A stretch of 63,969 nucleotides of DNA, counting the filler, from an uncultured bacterium (lineage in GTDB: Bacteria; Hinthialibacterota; Hinthialibacteria; Hinthialibacterales; Hinthialibacteraceae), in the NCBI GenBank assembly GCA_964449065.1. It is 5 parts of 5 records of this genome, joined end to end, with 100 filler letters (N's around TTAATTAATTAA, not from the genome) between each part and the next. Parts side by side here need not be neighbours in the genome. Positions count along the whole stretch, not along the records: positions 28,566 to 42,698 come from CAYVAZ010000122.1; 4 more parts are not named here. The stretch is one strand, 5' to 3'. The translations under genes were made by a program, and so were the position numbers. Shown piece by piece: positions 29,790-39,538 of this stretch. Numbering within the stretch: the stretch's first letter is position 1; every line of letters starts with the position of its first letter. The notes below the pieces were generated by a model that did not search any database, was not told the DNA's origin, and saw only the letters and a list, made by a program, of their open reading frames with translations.

Positions 29790-31928
29790 ATGAGTAAGCA
29801 TATTTTGCGCTTGGTATTTTGCACAGCATTGGTATTTGGTATTTATGGGTTGGTGACAGAGGTCACTGTTTCGGCGCAAGAATCTCCGGGCGAAACCCCA
29901 ATTGAGACTCCGACGAACACACCGGTACCACCTACCAACACGCCGGTACCACCAACAAATACACCCACACCGGCCGAATCTCCGGGAGAAACACCCATAG
30001 AAACTCCGACCAACACTCCGGTACCGCCGACGAACACGCCCGTTCCTCCGACGAGCACGCCAACTCCAGAGACCGAAATCGAAGCCCCACAATTGATAAT
30101 CGATGCCGTTTCCGGCCAAGTGGGGGATGAATTGCTTGTTGATATCCAAATCGGAAATGCTGCGGATATTGACGCCTTTGGCTTCGATATCCAGCAATCC
30201 AACAACATACTGAGTTTCCTTGCAGTTGAATCTGCAGGAACGTTAACGGAAAACTTCTTCAGCGTTAGCGCTACAGCTTTGGCCAATGGGGATGTGCGAA
30301 TTGGCGGTGTTGGCGGAAACGCGGATGTTAACGGAGAGGGTGTGTTGCTGAGTGTACGCTTCTCTGCTGTTTCCGATGGTGAAACAACATTAACGTTAAC
30401 CAACTTGCTGGATGACTTTACCGGCGCGGATATTGTACCAGGAACCGTAACGGTTGCACAAGAAACCCCGGAAGACACGCCAACACCGGTACCGCCAGCA
30501 AACACACCGACACCAACAGAAACTCCAGGCGAAACCCCTCCAACAAATACCCCGGTACCGCCGACCAGTACGCCGACGCCGGAAACAGACGTAACACCAA
30601 CACCGGTACCACCGACCAATACTCCTGGCGGCCCGACACCAACATTGCCACCGCCTTCACCGGTACCGATCGAAACACCGACTCCAACCCCGACTGCGTT
30701 GCGTCTTAACCCGAACTTGGGTATTGTAGGTTTGGATGAATTGGGTGCGGCACACCTAAGCGGAAACGCGGTACACAATTTCGATATCGGTATATCAAAC
30801 TCCGCCGGTAACTTGGCGACCCGAAACGTATTTGACGGCTTGCCGGATCCAGATGCGCTCGGTCCGTTCCTCTTAGTACAAGGCGCGCCGGTACCGATTG
30901 CGAAAGACTTGGAATTCAGTGGTGAAATCGCCGCAAACGCGAACGGTTCAGAAGGTGCCTACTTCCTGATTGGTGGCAGCATCGGTTCCTTCCCGCCAGT
31001 GAGCGCGCGTTTGGGCGCTGTGGGCGGATCGAACCGCGGCGGTATCGATGTGGATAACAACGCCGCCAACAACCTGAACTTTGGCCAGTTTACTACCGAT
31101 ATTATTCCGGTCTTGTTCCAACAAACACCAACTGGTGGTAACTTTATCGCTCCACTGCGCGACCTTGAACCGGCCGGTAATAACGGATTCTATGTATTGG
31201 ATGATACAGGCCGTATTTTTGCGGAAGGGGATGCGCTGGAAGACTTAGACAGTTCCGTAACCTTGTCTGATGGCGCTGTTGCCGTTGGATTGAAAATCTT
31301 CCGCGGCAGAACAATTAACCTCGCCAACACCATCTTTAGCAATGATTTAATTGGAACCGGCGCTTATGTTTTGGATTCCAACGGTGTGGTTCACAGTGTT
31401 GGTGATGTGCCGGAACTAAACACCAATGACGTTGCGGTTTCGCCGTCTCTAACGGTTGAGGTGTTCAAAGACATCGAATTCATGCCGAATCCTGCCGGTA
31501 CCGAATTTATTGGATTATCCTTGCTTTCGGGTGACGGATCCATTACGTTTGTTCCGTTCAGCGATGTTACAGTGACAGATGCGATTCGTGATCATGTTTC
31601 CAATCTTTCACCCTTCGGCAACTTGCAATCCGGCTTTGGATTGGATATCGCCCGCGACCATGAATTGGAAATCAACTCCGATCCAACATTTGGTTTGGAT
31701 AGTGCCGGCAACACCGATCAAACCAGCGGCATCCGTGTTGGTATGTTTATGTTTGACGGCTTGGGCGGTACCCACACCGGCGGCGCTTCTACCCGCTTTG
31801 CTCCTGCGTTTGGAAGAGGGAACCGCGTGATCAACGGTATTTCGGTAGAGCCGTTCCCGGTCAGTGTGCCGTTCTTCGGTGTGGATATCTTAAAAGACGC
31901 GGAAATTGCACCACCCGTTAGACGTTAA
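29790..31928 (+). CDS. Secreted protein with Pro/Thr linkers, a cohesin domain and a repeat (propeller-like) C-terminal domain
   Basis: PTNTPVP repeats; cohesin IDAFGFDI..AGTLT..GEGVLLSVRFSA; repeats G-x-Y-V-L-D-x-x-G. Confidence 0.8.
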   Translation: MSKHILRLVFCTALVFGIYGLVTEVTVSAQESPGETPIETPTNTPVPPTNTPVPPTNTPTPAESPGETPIETPTNTPVPPTNTPVPPTSTPTPETEIEAPQLIIDAVSGQVGDELLVDIQIGNAADIDAFGFDIQQSNNILSFLAVESAGTLTENFFSVSATALANGDVRIGGVGGNADVNGEGVLLSVRFSAVSDGETTLTLTNLLDDFTGADIVPGTVTVAQETPEDTPTPVPPANTPTPTETPGETPPTNTPVPPTSTPTPETDVTPTPVPPTNTPGGPTPTLPPPSPVPIETPTPTPTALRLNPNLGIVGLDELGAAHLSGNAVHNFDIGISNSAGNLATRNVFDGLPDPDALGPFLLVQGAPVPIAKDLEFSGEIAANANGSEGAYFLIGGSIGSFPPVSARLGAVGGSNRGGIDVDNNAANNLNFGQFTTDIIPVLFQQTPTGGNFIAPLRDLEPAGNNGFYVLDDTGRIFAEGDALEDLDSSVTLSDGAVAVGLKIFRGRTINLANTIFSNDLIGTGAYVLDSNGVVHSVGDVPELNTNDVAVSPSLTVEVFKDIEFMPNPAGTEFIGLSLLSGDGSITFVPFSDVTVTDAIRDHVSNLSPFGNLQSGFGLDIARDHELEINSDPTFGLDSAGNTDQTSGIRVGMFMFDGLGGTHTGGASTRFAPAFGRGNRVINGISVEPFPVSVPFFGVDILKDAEIAPPVRR

Positions 31929-31953
31929 GTCATTATTCTATAAAAAAATTAGC

Positions 31954-31984
31954 AGGGGGGACTCTTTACGGGTTCCCCCTTTTG
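31954..31984 (+). terminator. Probable intrinsic terminator
   Basis: AGGGGGGACTC-loop-GGGTTCCCCCT followed by T-tract, after stop at 31928. Confidence 0.7.
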
Positions 31985-31994
31985 TTTAAACATC

Positions 31995-32702
31995 ATGACT
32001 GACGAAGCTCTATTCAAAAAACGCATTCGGCAAATTCAAAGCATCATTGAACAATCGGCAGCGAAATCCGGCCGTAACTCAAGTGAGATTAAAATCGTTG
32101 CAGTAAGTAAGACGAAACCGGTTGAAGATATTCGATCAGTCTATGCCTGCGGGCTTAAAATATTTGGAGAAAGCAAAGTTCAAGAAGCCGAAGATAAGAT
32201 TCAATCCTGTTATGATTTAAATATCGAATGGCACATGGTCGGTCACTTGCAAACCAATAAAGTCAAAAAAGCAGTACGGTTGTTTGATTTGATTCACTCC
32301 GTGGATAGCATGAAGTTGATCGGGAAGATTGACGCGGAAGCGGAAAATGCAGGGAAGATTCAAGATATATTGTTGCAGGTGAATGTATCCGGTGAAGAGT
32401 CAAAGTTTGGTTGTGACCCCGGACAATTGCAGGAATTGATTGAATGCAGCAACTCGGCTGCCCATGTCCGTTGCAAAGGATTGATGGCTATTCCGCCAGC
32501 TGTAGAAAAAATTGACCAAGTCAGGCCGTTTTTTCAACGGCTGCGTGAACTGGCTTATGAGTATGAAAACTCCATGCAAAGCGGGAAAAACAGGATAGAA
32601 TTATCAATGGGTATGACCAACGATTACCCGGTTGCGGCAGAAGAAGGCGCCACCTATGTACGTATTGGAACGGCGATCTTCGGTGAGCGGCAATACACAT
32701 AA
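31995..32702 (+). CDS. yggS: PLP homeostasis protein (YggS/PLPBP)
   Basis: VAVSKT, FGES, WHMVGHLQTNK, IHSVDS, LSMGMTND, VRIGTAIFG. Confidence 0.96.
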   Translation: MTDEALFKKRIRQIQSIIEQSAAKSGRNSSEIKIVAVSKTKPVEDIRSVYACGLKIFGESKVQEAEDKIQSCYDLNIEWHMVGHLQTNKVKKAVRLFDLIHSVDSMKLIGKIDAEAENAGKIQDILLQVNVSGEESKFGCDPGQLQELIECSNSAAHVRCKGLMAIPPAVEKIDQVRPFFQRLRELAYEYENSMQSGKNRIELSMGMTNDYPVAAEEGATYVRIGTAIFGERQYT

Positions 32703-32722
32703 AATTTATTACCGATAAGAGG

Positions 32723-35251
32723 ATGCAGATGGGTAGACCGTTATTAGTACCTGCCATTTTATTTTTGATCATCTTGGCTGTAGCCGGAATCATTATTTTC
32801 ATTCCAACAGATACAGATATATCCGTTCCGGAAAACGAAACGGGACTGGCGCAACAAAACACCTCTTCTACAAATGGAAATGGTGAGACAAACACAGACG
32901 GTCGTGCGGCGGTGAATGGGGAATACTCGCAAGTCACCTCCCCGCAATCCCAATCTGCGATATCCGGTACTTCAAACACAAAGGATTCCTCCGGACAAGA
33001 TTCCACTGACCTAAACGGATTGATGAGAGATAAACCTGGTGTTTCGCCAGATGGAGGAATTTCCGGCAAAGAAGAGCCGTCTCAAAACACCGCGCTGCAA
33101 ACACAAATATCCGGGATGGTAGTGAATTCATTCCAAAAGCCAATTGTGAGTGCATCCGTCATGCTGGATAACGGCGAAACGGTTCAAACCGGGCAAGACG
33201 GCCGCTTTGTGTTTCGCGAACTGGATTCAGGGGCTTATAACCTGACTGTGAACGCGGAAGGATACCGTCCGCTTAGCCGTGAGGCTATCGATACCGGAAC
33301 GAACAATTTCACCTTGGTGCTGGTCAGCGACGGCATGCTGCAAGGCAAAGTGATTGATAACACCGATGCGCCGGTGGCGTTCGCGAACATATCGATTCGG
33401 GCGGTGGAAGGAATTTATATTCAAGAGATCCGGTCTGACGCGGAAGGCCGCTTTACACTGAAGAATCCGCCCGCCGAACAACGCTTGAATGTAAGAGCCT
33501 CGCAGGAGAATTTTTCGGATGAGGGGGAGGGACACCGGGTGGTCGATCCGCCCTTTAACGAGTTTGTGGTGCTGCGCTTAACCCAGCCGAGTTACTCGAT
33601 TTCCGGCATGATAATCAATGAAGAGACCGGCCAGGGTATGAGTGACTTTCATTTGATCGCGGTGCAGGAAGATGGCTCCAATCCAGAACCGATGCAAACA
33701 CAATCCCGCGGCGGCGGATTGTACCGTTTTGATAACCTCAAACCGGGAACCTATATTGTATCCAGCAATCCCACCTTAAATGAGCAATTGAATGTGGTGG
33801 TTCCGGTCGATCAGGATTACAAAACCGTCAAAGTATTAGAGCGCGACGCACGGGATGTGAACTTCCCCGTCGAAAGTGGTATAACCGTGAGCGGGGTGGT
33901 TGTCAATCAAAACAACCAACCGGTCGGCGGCGCGGAAGTAACCGTTGCCAAGATTCCATCCACCAAAACGTTATCCAACTTTAACGGTGAATTTGTATTA
34001 AGAAATGTGCCGTCTATGTCACCCGGCGGGATATCTTCGAGGGGGATATCCGACATCCGCTTGCTTGCGTCTCATCAGCAATACGGCAGCGGAACGAGTG
34101 ATCCCTTGCCGGTAGGAACCGGGAATCCGGTTAACAACATCACGATAGTGTTGGAAGGCTTTGCGACTCTGAGCGGGACGGTGACGGATCAGAACGGAGC
34201 CGCCGTATTTAACGCCCGGTTGGTGCTGGTTGATTTATCTACCGGCGCGCAAAGAGAACAAACCACCGGCCCGGATGGCAGTTTTGTGTTTGATGAAATC
34301 TCTGTGGCGTTTGATGAGAGCAATACCTTTACCGGAACACACCGCGTCAGCGTATTTCATGATCAATACGCGCCGCTGCATCAGCAAGTGTCGGTGCAAT
34401 CCGGCCAGAACAAAAGCCTTCAATTGACCCTGGACAGCGGCAATCAAATCAGCGGGCAGGTAACGGATACGGAAGGAAATCCGGTACCCGGTGTTACTGT
34501 GCGCGCGCAATTGCCTCGTGGAGGGATTGCGTCAGCACAATCAGATGAAATTGGGACGTATCAGTTCCCCAATCTCCCGCCAGGACAGTATAACCTGCAC
34601 TTCCGCTTGGATTCCAATCCGCCCTTAACGACCGTATTGTACGGCATTCATGCAGGAACAACGGGGGCAAACGCGGTACTGAAACCGGGTGAGTGGCGGG
34701 TGACGGGTACCGTGCTCGATGCGCAAACCGGTGAGCCGGTTCGGTTTTATCAAATCAACATTCAGGGCAATCCCCATGCTTCGGGAAGCAGATCGTTTAT
34801 TCGGACGAAAACGGTCAATTCACCAAACGGGACCTATCAACTTACGTTTACGGAACCGGGAGAATACGAAATGCTGTTTACCAGTGAAAATTACCAATCC
34901 GAAGTGGGGAAAGTGGATATTCGGCCGGAACATTTATCGCTGCAATACATCAATATTCATATGACTCCGGTGAATCAATTCGGTACCATCAGAGGCATGT
35001 TTAATCCGCCGCCCAATACGCAGTTTGCCGGTGTGAACGTAGTGGGCGTAGGGCAGTTTCCCGCTAACGGGAACGCGTTTGAGTTGACCAACCTGCCGGT
35101 CGGTCCCAATAATTTGTTATTTTATGTTATGGATGAAGGCGGAGCACCGCGTCCTGTCGGCGGGATTCACGGTGTGATGGTAAAGCCGGACAGCCCGGTA
35201 ACGCTGGGGACAATTGGGGCGGATATATTAAACCCGATCCACGAATTTTAA
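32723..35251 (+). CDS. Membrane-anchored protein with tandem carboxypeptidase-regulatory-like (transthyretin-like) domains
   Basis: Repeated ISG.V.D..G.PV.GA.V ... T..DG.F.F..L..G.Y units. Confidence 0.85.
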   Translation: MQMGRPLLVPAILFLIILAVAGIIIFIPTDTDISVPENETGLAQQNTSSTNGNGETNTDGRAAVNGEYSQVTSPQSQSAISGTSNTKDSSGQDSTDLNGLMRDKPGVSPDGGISGKEEPSQNTALQTQISGMVVNSFQKPIVSASVMLDNGETVQTGQDGRFVFRELDSGAYNLTVNAEGYRPLSREAIDTGTNNFTLVLVSDGMLQGKVIDNTDAPVAFANISIRAVEGIYIQEIRSDAEGRFTLKNPPAEQRLNVRASQENFSDEGEGHRVVDPPFNEFVVLRLTQPSYSISGMIINEETGQGMSDFHLIAVQEDGSNPEPMQTQSRGGGLYRFDNLKPGTYIVSSNPTLNEQLNVVVPVDQDYKTVKVLERDARDVNFPVESGITVSGVVVNQNNQPVGGAEVTVAKIPSTKTLSNFNGEFVLRNVPSMSPGGISSRGISDIRLLASHQQYGSGTSDPLPVGTGNPVNNITIVLEGFATLSGTVTDQNGAAVFNARLVLVDLSTGAQREQTTGPDGSFVFDEISVAFDESNTFTGTHRVSVFHDQYAPLHQQVSVQSGQNKSLQLTLDSGNQISGQVTDTEGNPVPGVTVRAQLPRGGIASAQSDEIGTYQFPNLPPGQYNLHFRLDSNPPLTTVLYGIHAGTTGANAVLKPGEWRVTGTVLDAQTGEPVRFYQINIQGNPHASGSRSFIRTKTVNSPNGTYQLTFTEPGEYEMLFTSENYQSEVGKVDIRPEHLSLQYINIHMTPVNQFGTIRGMFNPPPNTQFAGVNVVGVGQFPANGNAFELTNLPVGPNNLLFYVMDEGGAPRPVGGIHGVMVKPDSPVTLGTIGADILNPIHEF

Positions 35252-35252
35252 C

Positions 35253-36578
35253 TCATCCGCCTGCTGTTCTTTGTTCTGGAGGCGGCAGGGGTTGTGTATC
35301 CGCAGACACGGTTCCGGTTGCGGGGGTAATTTCTTCATCCAGAAAGATCGGTTCCGGAGCGGGGATGGGTTTTACATCCAAAAGCGTATCCATATTGGTG
35401 GATAAAAAGCGGCTCATGATATCGGTCGCGACCGCGGCGGTTTCATCGTTTTTGGTCATATCGGTGATAAATTCCGTGATTTGCTTTTGCTCCAACCTGT
35501 GCATCAGGCGCAGCACGATTTTTTGGTTATCGGTTAGTTTGGGTTTTCCGGTTTCCGGATCCATTTCCGGCTGCGCGCCAACCGCGGCCGGGTCATTAAC
35601 GGTTGTCCATGTATTGGCTAACAAAGTGGCGGCTTGCTTGGAATCCATCTTTTTTAACGCGTCCGAAAATTTTAACTCGGTTTGGCTTAACTCACTTTGC
35701 TTGCGTTCGCGAATTTGGCGTTCAAGATCGCGGCGCACTTCAATTTGTTGTGAAGCGAATTCAATGGCATCGTTGATTTGTTGTTGAGTGCGTGTGTTTA
35801 GTTGTTCCCGCAAAACCAGTTCTTCTTCTTTTTCTTTCAGGCGCGCTTGCAGTTCGTTTAAATCTTCAATTTTGTTTTGTATGTTCTGCAATGCTTGCGA
35901 CATGGTGGTATCGGGTGAGGAACCTAAAACTTCTTCCAAGGTCAGCGTAATGTCCTCTTCGGTAGTGGCCGAAACCACTTGTTGTGTATCGGTAGCGCTT
36001 TGAATGTATTGACCTAAATACGGAATGTCTTTGAATACTTCTTTATCAATGGTTTTGGTATAAAGGCCGAGAGCCAGCGCGGCTGCCCCTACAATAAGGG
36101 GGACAATTAGGTAAAGCAATACACCCCCGCGGTTTTTCTCCTTGCGCAGATAACTTTGAATTCCGATTTCATCCATTTGTTGACTCTCCTGACGCCGGAT
36201 TTCGCGCTGCCATTCGGTTTGTTTTTTCTCTTTATATCGTTCTAATATTTTATCTTCTTGATACAAACGAAGCAATTCACTTCTTTTTTGCTGTTTGGTT
36301 TCTTCCAACGATTGAATTTGATTGCGTTTTTCGGTTTCCACTTGTTTCATATAATGCTGAAACAGGTCTAACGATTGTTCTTCGCGAAGGTAATTCTCAT
36401 CGCTAACATCCTCCATCAGGCGGCGGCGCATTTCCAGTACGTGCTGTCTGCCCTCTTCGATTTCCTGCAAGATGCGCTGAATCTCTTGATCGATTTCGGC
36501 GATTTCGGCTTCTTTGTGATCGATTTCATATTTTTTGAGCCGAATAACAGGGTCTAAACGAAACCGGAACGATCTCAT
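35253..36578 (-). CDS. fliJ: Flagellar export protein FliJ fused to a TM and MotE/YlxF-like domain
   Basis: FRFRLDPVIRLK..., KILERYKEK..W..E...ESQQMDE, then TM, coiled coil and KMDSKQAATLL; directly after fliI. Confidence 0.75.
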   Translation of the reverse strand: MRSFRFRLDPVIRLKKYEIDHKEAEIAEIDQEIQRILQEIEEGRQHVLEMRRRLMEDVSDENYLREEQSLDLFQHYMKQVETEKRNQIQSLEETKQQKRSELLRLYQEDKILERYKEKKQTEWQREIRRQESQQMDEIGIQSYLRKEKNRGGVLLYLIVPLIVGAAALALGLYTKTIDKEVFKDIPYLGQYIQSATDTQQVVSATTEEDITLTLEEVLGSSPDTTMSQALQNIQNKIEDLNELQARLKEKEEELVLREQLNTRTQQQINDAIEFASQQIEVRRDLERQIRERKQSELSQTELKFSDALKKMDSKQAATLLANTWTTVNDPAAVGAQPEMDPETGKPKLTDNQKIVLRLMHRLEQKQITEFITDMTKNDETAAVATDIMSRFLSTNMDTLLDVKPIPAPEPIFLDEEITPATGTVSADTQPLPPPEQRTAGG

Positions 36579-38032
36579 CTAGTCCCTCCTTGCTGCCCAG
36601 GTTGTACGGCTTGCTGTCCAGCGGGCTGCCCTGCTTGTTGTGCCGGTTTTTGTTGAGTACGCTGCGGCGTCGGATTGTTTTGTTTTGTGAGTTGATTGTA
36701 ACTTTGCTGCGCCAATTCAACCATTTGTTTGACAGATTCTTCCGGTGGTACGGTTTCTTGAATTCCCTGCTGCAAGAATTGATTGATGAAGGGATTCATT
36801 TCAATGGCGGTATCGATCTCAGGATTGGAACCGCGCTGATAGGCGCCGATGTTGATGAGGTCTTCGGCATCGCGGTAAATGGATGTGATTTCGCTGATGC
36901 GTCTGGCGGCGTTGAATTGTTTTTCCGGCACGATATCGACCATGACCCGGCTGATGCTTTGCAGAATATCGATGGATGGATAATGATTTTTGTGCGCCAA
37001 CTCACGGGATAACACAATGTGGCCGTCTAAAATACCCCGAACCGCGTCGGCGACCGGTTCGTTCATATCGTCGCCCTCTACCAAAACAGTAAACAATCCG
37101 GTGATGGTTCCTTCGCCCGGGGTTGTGCCCGCGCGTTCTAAGAAACTGGGAAGCATGGCGAATACGGATGGGGTATAGCCGCGCGCTGTCGGCGGTTCTC
37201 CCGCCGCGAGACCGACCTCGCGCTGGGCCAGCGCCATGCGGGTGACGGAATCCATCATGAAGAGAACAGACTTGCCTTGATCGCGAAAATATTCCGCAAC
37301 GGTGATAGCGGTAAAGGCTCCTTTTACACGCATTAAGGGCGGGGTATCGCCGGTTGCGACGATCAGTACGCTGCGTTCCAGCCCTTCCGGCCCCAGGTCT
37401 TTTTCGATAAATTCACGCACTTCGCGGCCGCGCTCTCCGATCAACGCGATGACGTTGACATCGGCATCAGACGAGCGCGAAATCATGCCCATCAGGGTAC
37501 TTTTGCCGACACCGCTGCCTGCAAAAATACCGATCCGTTGGCCTTTGCCCCAGGTCATGGTGGCGTCAATTACTTTGACACCGGTGGCAATGGGAGTTTG
37601 GATGCGGTTGCGGTGAATGGCATCGGGCGGCTTGTTGTTAATGGAGCGAATTTCTTCTGTGAAGGCGGGGCCTTTGCCGTCGCTTGGAGAACTGAAACCA
37701 TCCAGCACCCTTCCCAAAAGACTGTTGCCGCATTTTACTTTTAAAGGCCCGCCGGTGGAAATGACTTCGCAGCCCGGCCGGATACCGGTGATTTCACCGA
37801 GAGTCATCAGAATAACGCGCCCACTGCGAAAGCCGACGATTTCCGCGGGGATCGGCTGCTGTTGGTCAGATGGGTACATGTAAACCAAATCGCCCACCGC
37901 GCCGCCGGGACCGCGGGATAGAATGACGACCCCGACGACTTCATCCACATAGCCTCTCTGGACAATGGATGTGACATACTCCAACGAAGCGCGCATGTTT
38001 CCCCAATTGATGCTGTGTGTTTGCAACGTCAT
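36575..38032 (-). CDS. fliI: Flagellar export ATPase
   Basis: GQRIGIFAGSGVGKSTL, LIGERGREV, MDSVTR, GILDGHIVLSR. Confidence 0.96.
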   Translation of the reverse strand: MTLQTHSINWGNMRASLEYVTSIVQRGYVDEVVGVVILSRGPGGAVGDLVYMYPSDQQQPIPAEIVGFRSGRVILMTLGEITGIRPGCEVISTGGPLKVKCGNSLLGRVLDGFSSPSDGKGPAFTEEIRSINNKPPDAIHRNRIQTPIATGVKVIDATMTWGKGQRIGIFAGSGVGKSTLMGMISRSSDADVNVIALIGERGREVREFIEKDLGPEGLERSVLIVATGDTPPLMRVKGAFTAITVAEYFRDQGKSVLFMMDSVTRMALAQREVGLAAGEPPTARGYTPSVFAMLPSFLERAGTTPGEGTITGLFTVLVEGDDMNEPVADAVRGILDGHIVLSRELAHKNHYPSIDILQSISRVMVDIVPEKQFNAARRISEITSIYRDAEDLINIGAYQRGSNPEIDTAIEMNPFINQFLQQGIQETVPPEESVKQMVELAQQSYNQLTKQNNPTPQRTQQKPAQQAGQPAGQQAVQPGQQGGTR

Positions 38033-38754
38033 GGATTTAGAATCTCATCCTCAAAGTTTTGTAGTTGGGTTTCAATTCTACCATCGATATTGCCCATCCG
38101 GGTTTCGATAATAACGCCGCCGTGGTCTACTCTTGGGTCTTCCGCGATGGTAATTTTTTCGATCTCATCGAATTGCCGGGTGAAATCCGGCACCCATTTT
38201 TCGACCAGTTCCTTATCATCCGGATGCACCAAAATGTGCAGGTTTTGACGTTCGGAGGCGGTGCGGATACATTCTTTGGTGATACGGACGACGGTTTGAT
38301 CATCGGTATTGATTTCTTTCTTTACGATGCGCGAAACCACATCGCAGATCAGCTGGCGGATTTCCATCTCTTCTTCGGCGAATTTGGTTTCCAATATAGA
38401 TTGGCCTTCTTGCAGTAGGGATTTCAGTGTGTTGATGAGTTCGGCGCCTTCCTGCTTAACTTTGTTTAAGCCTTCTTGATATCCTTGGTTATAGCCTTCT
38501 TGTTTTCCTTCTTCTCGGCCTTGGGCAGTTTCTTGATTGGCGTTTTCTTTTATTTCTTCCGCCTGCTTTTCGGCGTTTTGCACGATTTCATCCGCTTGTT
38601 CGGCGGCGGATTGCAGGATCATTTGTTCTTGTTCCTGCGCGTTGGCAATAATTTCCGCGGCTTCGTCTTCCGCGTGTTTTAAAACTTTATGGCGTTCAAC
38701 GACATTGTAGGGTTTTTCGTTATTGACATGCGGCGCTTTGATAATTCGTGCCAT
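38029..38754 (-). CDS. fliH: Flagellar assembly protein FliH
   Basis: AxxxA / GxxxG repeats, VHPDD, GGVIIET..GNIDG; between fliG and fliI. Confidence 0.92.
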   Translation of the reverse strand: MARIIKAPHVNNEKPYNVVERHKVLKHAEDEAAEIIANAQEQEQMILQSAAEQADEIVQNAEKQAEEIKENANQETAQGREEGKQEGYNQGYQEGLNKVKQEGAELINTLKSLLQEGQSILETKFAEEEMEIRQLICDVVSRIVKKEINTDDQTVVRITKECIRTASERQNLHILVHPDDKELVEKWVPDFTRQFDEIEKITIAEDPRVDHGGVIIETRMGNIDGRIETQLQNFEDEILNP

Positions 38755-38939
38755 TGTGGTTACGTCTCCGGTGTTGATACTTCTTTGTATGCAATGTTAG
38801 TGTTTGTTAAAATGCCTGATCGGTTAATGATCCGGTGGGGCAAACGGCGTGGCCCATCTTACGATTTCATTTACTCTATCGTGCTTCCGGCCCGGCGGGA
38901 GCCACGCCCTCCCAATGGAAATTTTGTTTGAGGCCGTCT

Positions 38940-39419
38940 TTAGAATATTAGAGCTGAAAGATCATCGGTTGAATGGATGATTTGCCCGCCGCTGCTTTCG
39001 ATCCAATATTGTACTTGCAGATTGACCGCCACGCCATCGTTTTCTCCGGAACGGCGGAAATCGGTTCGGATGCCGTTGATGATCTTGCTGCCCAATCCAT
39101 ACGCGTAGCCGATTTCGGAGGCTGTGCCGGAATCCACATCGACGCCATCCAGCACGGCTAAGACTGCATCGCTTTTGCGGAGATGTTCGGAATTCCGCTG
39201 AGCAATTTTCATAGAAATATCGTGCATCATTAATTTTCTGCTTTCATCATTCTCGATGGCTTTTGCCAGATCCAATTCTTCCACATACTCATCCGATAAG
39301 GTCCAGGGATCAATCACTTCATACCCGATTTGGTTGAGAGTTTCTTTCAAGACCAACCGAAAGCCGTCGGTGCTGGCGGCGAAACCCAATGGAGAGGCGA
39401 TAAATACTGTTTTACTCAT
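38940..39419 (-). CDS. Nucleoside 2-deoxyribosyltransferase / NMP N-glycosidase family protein
   Basis: FIASPLGF, SDAVLAVLDGVDVDSGTASEIGYAY, RTDFR, NLQV. Confidence 0.9.
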   Translation of the reverse strand: MSKTVFIASPLGFAASTDGFRLVLKETLNQIGYEVIDPWTLSDEYVEELDLAKAIENDESRKLMMHDISMKIAQRNSEHLRKSDAVLAVLDGVDVDSGTASEIGYAYGLGSKIINGIRTDFRRSGENDGVAVNLQVQYWIESSGGQIIHSTDDLSALIF

Positions 39420-39538
39420 CCGTTTATTCTTTCTAGTACAGTTTCAACGATTAAATGACGGGTGTCGATCCCCCCCACCCCCCTTATCAAGGGGGGCAAC
39501 AACGGATAACCAGCCGTCATTTTTTGATTGACAGACTT

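Noticed and set aside
29878..30690. Tandem DNA repeats resembling an array
   Set aside because: They encode Pro/Thr linkers; the antisense 311-aa ORF is a shadow
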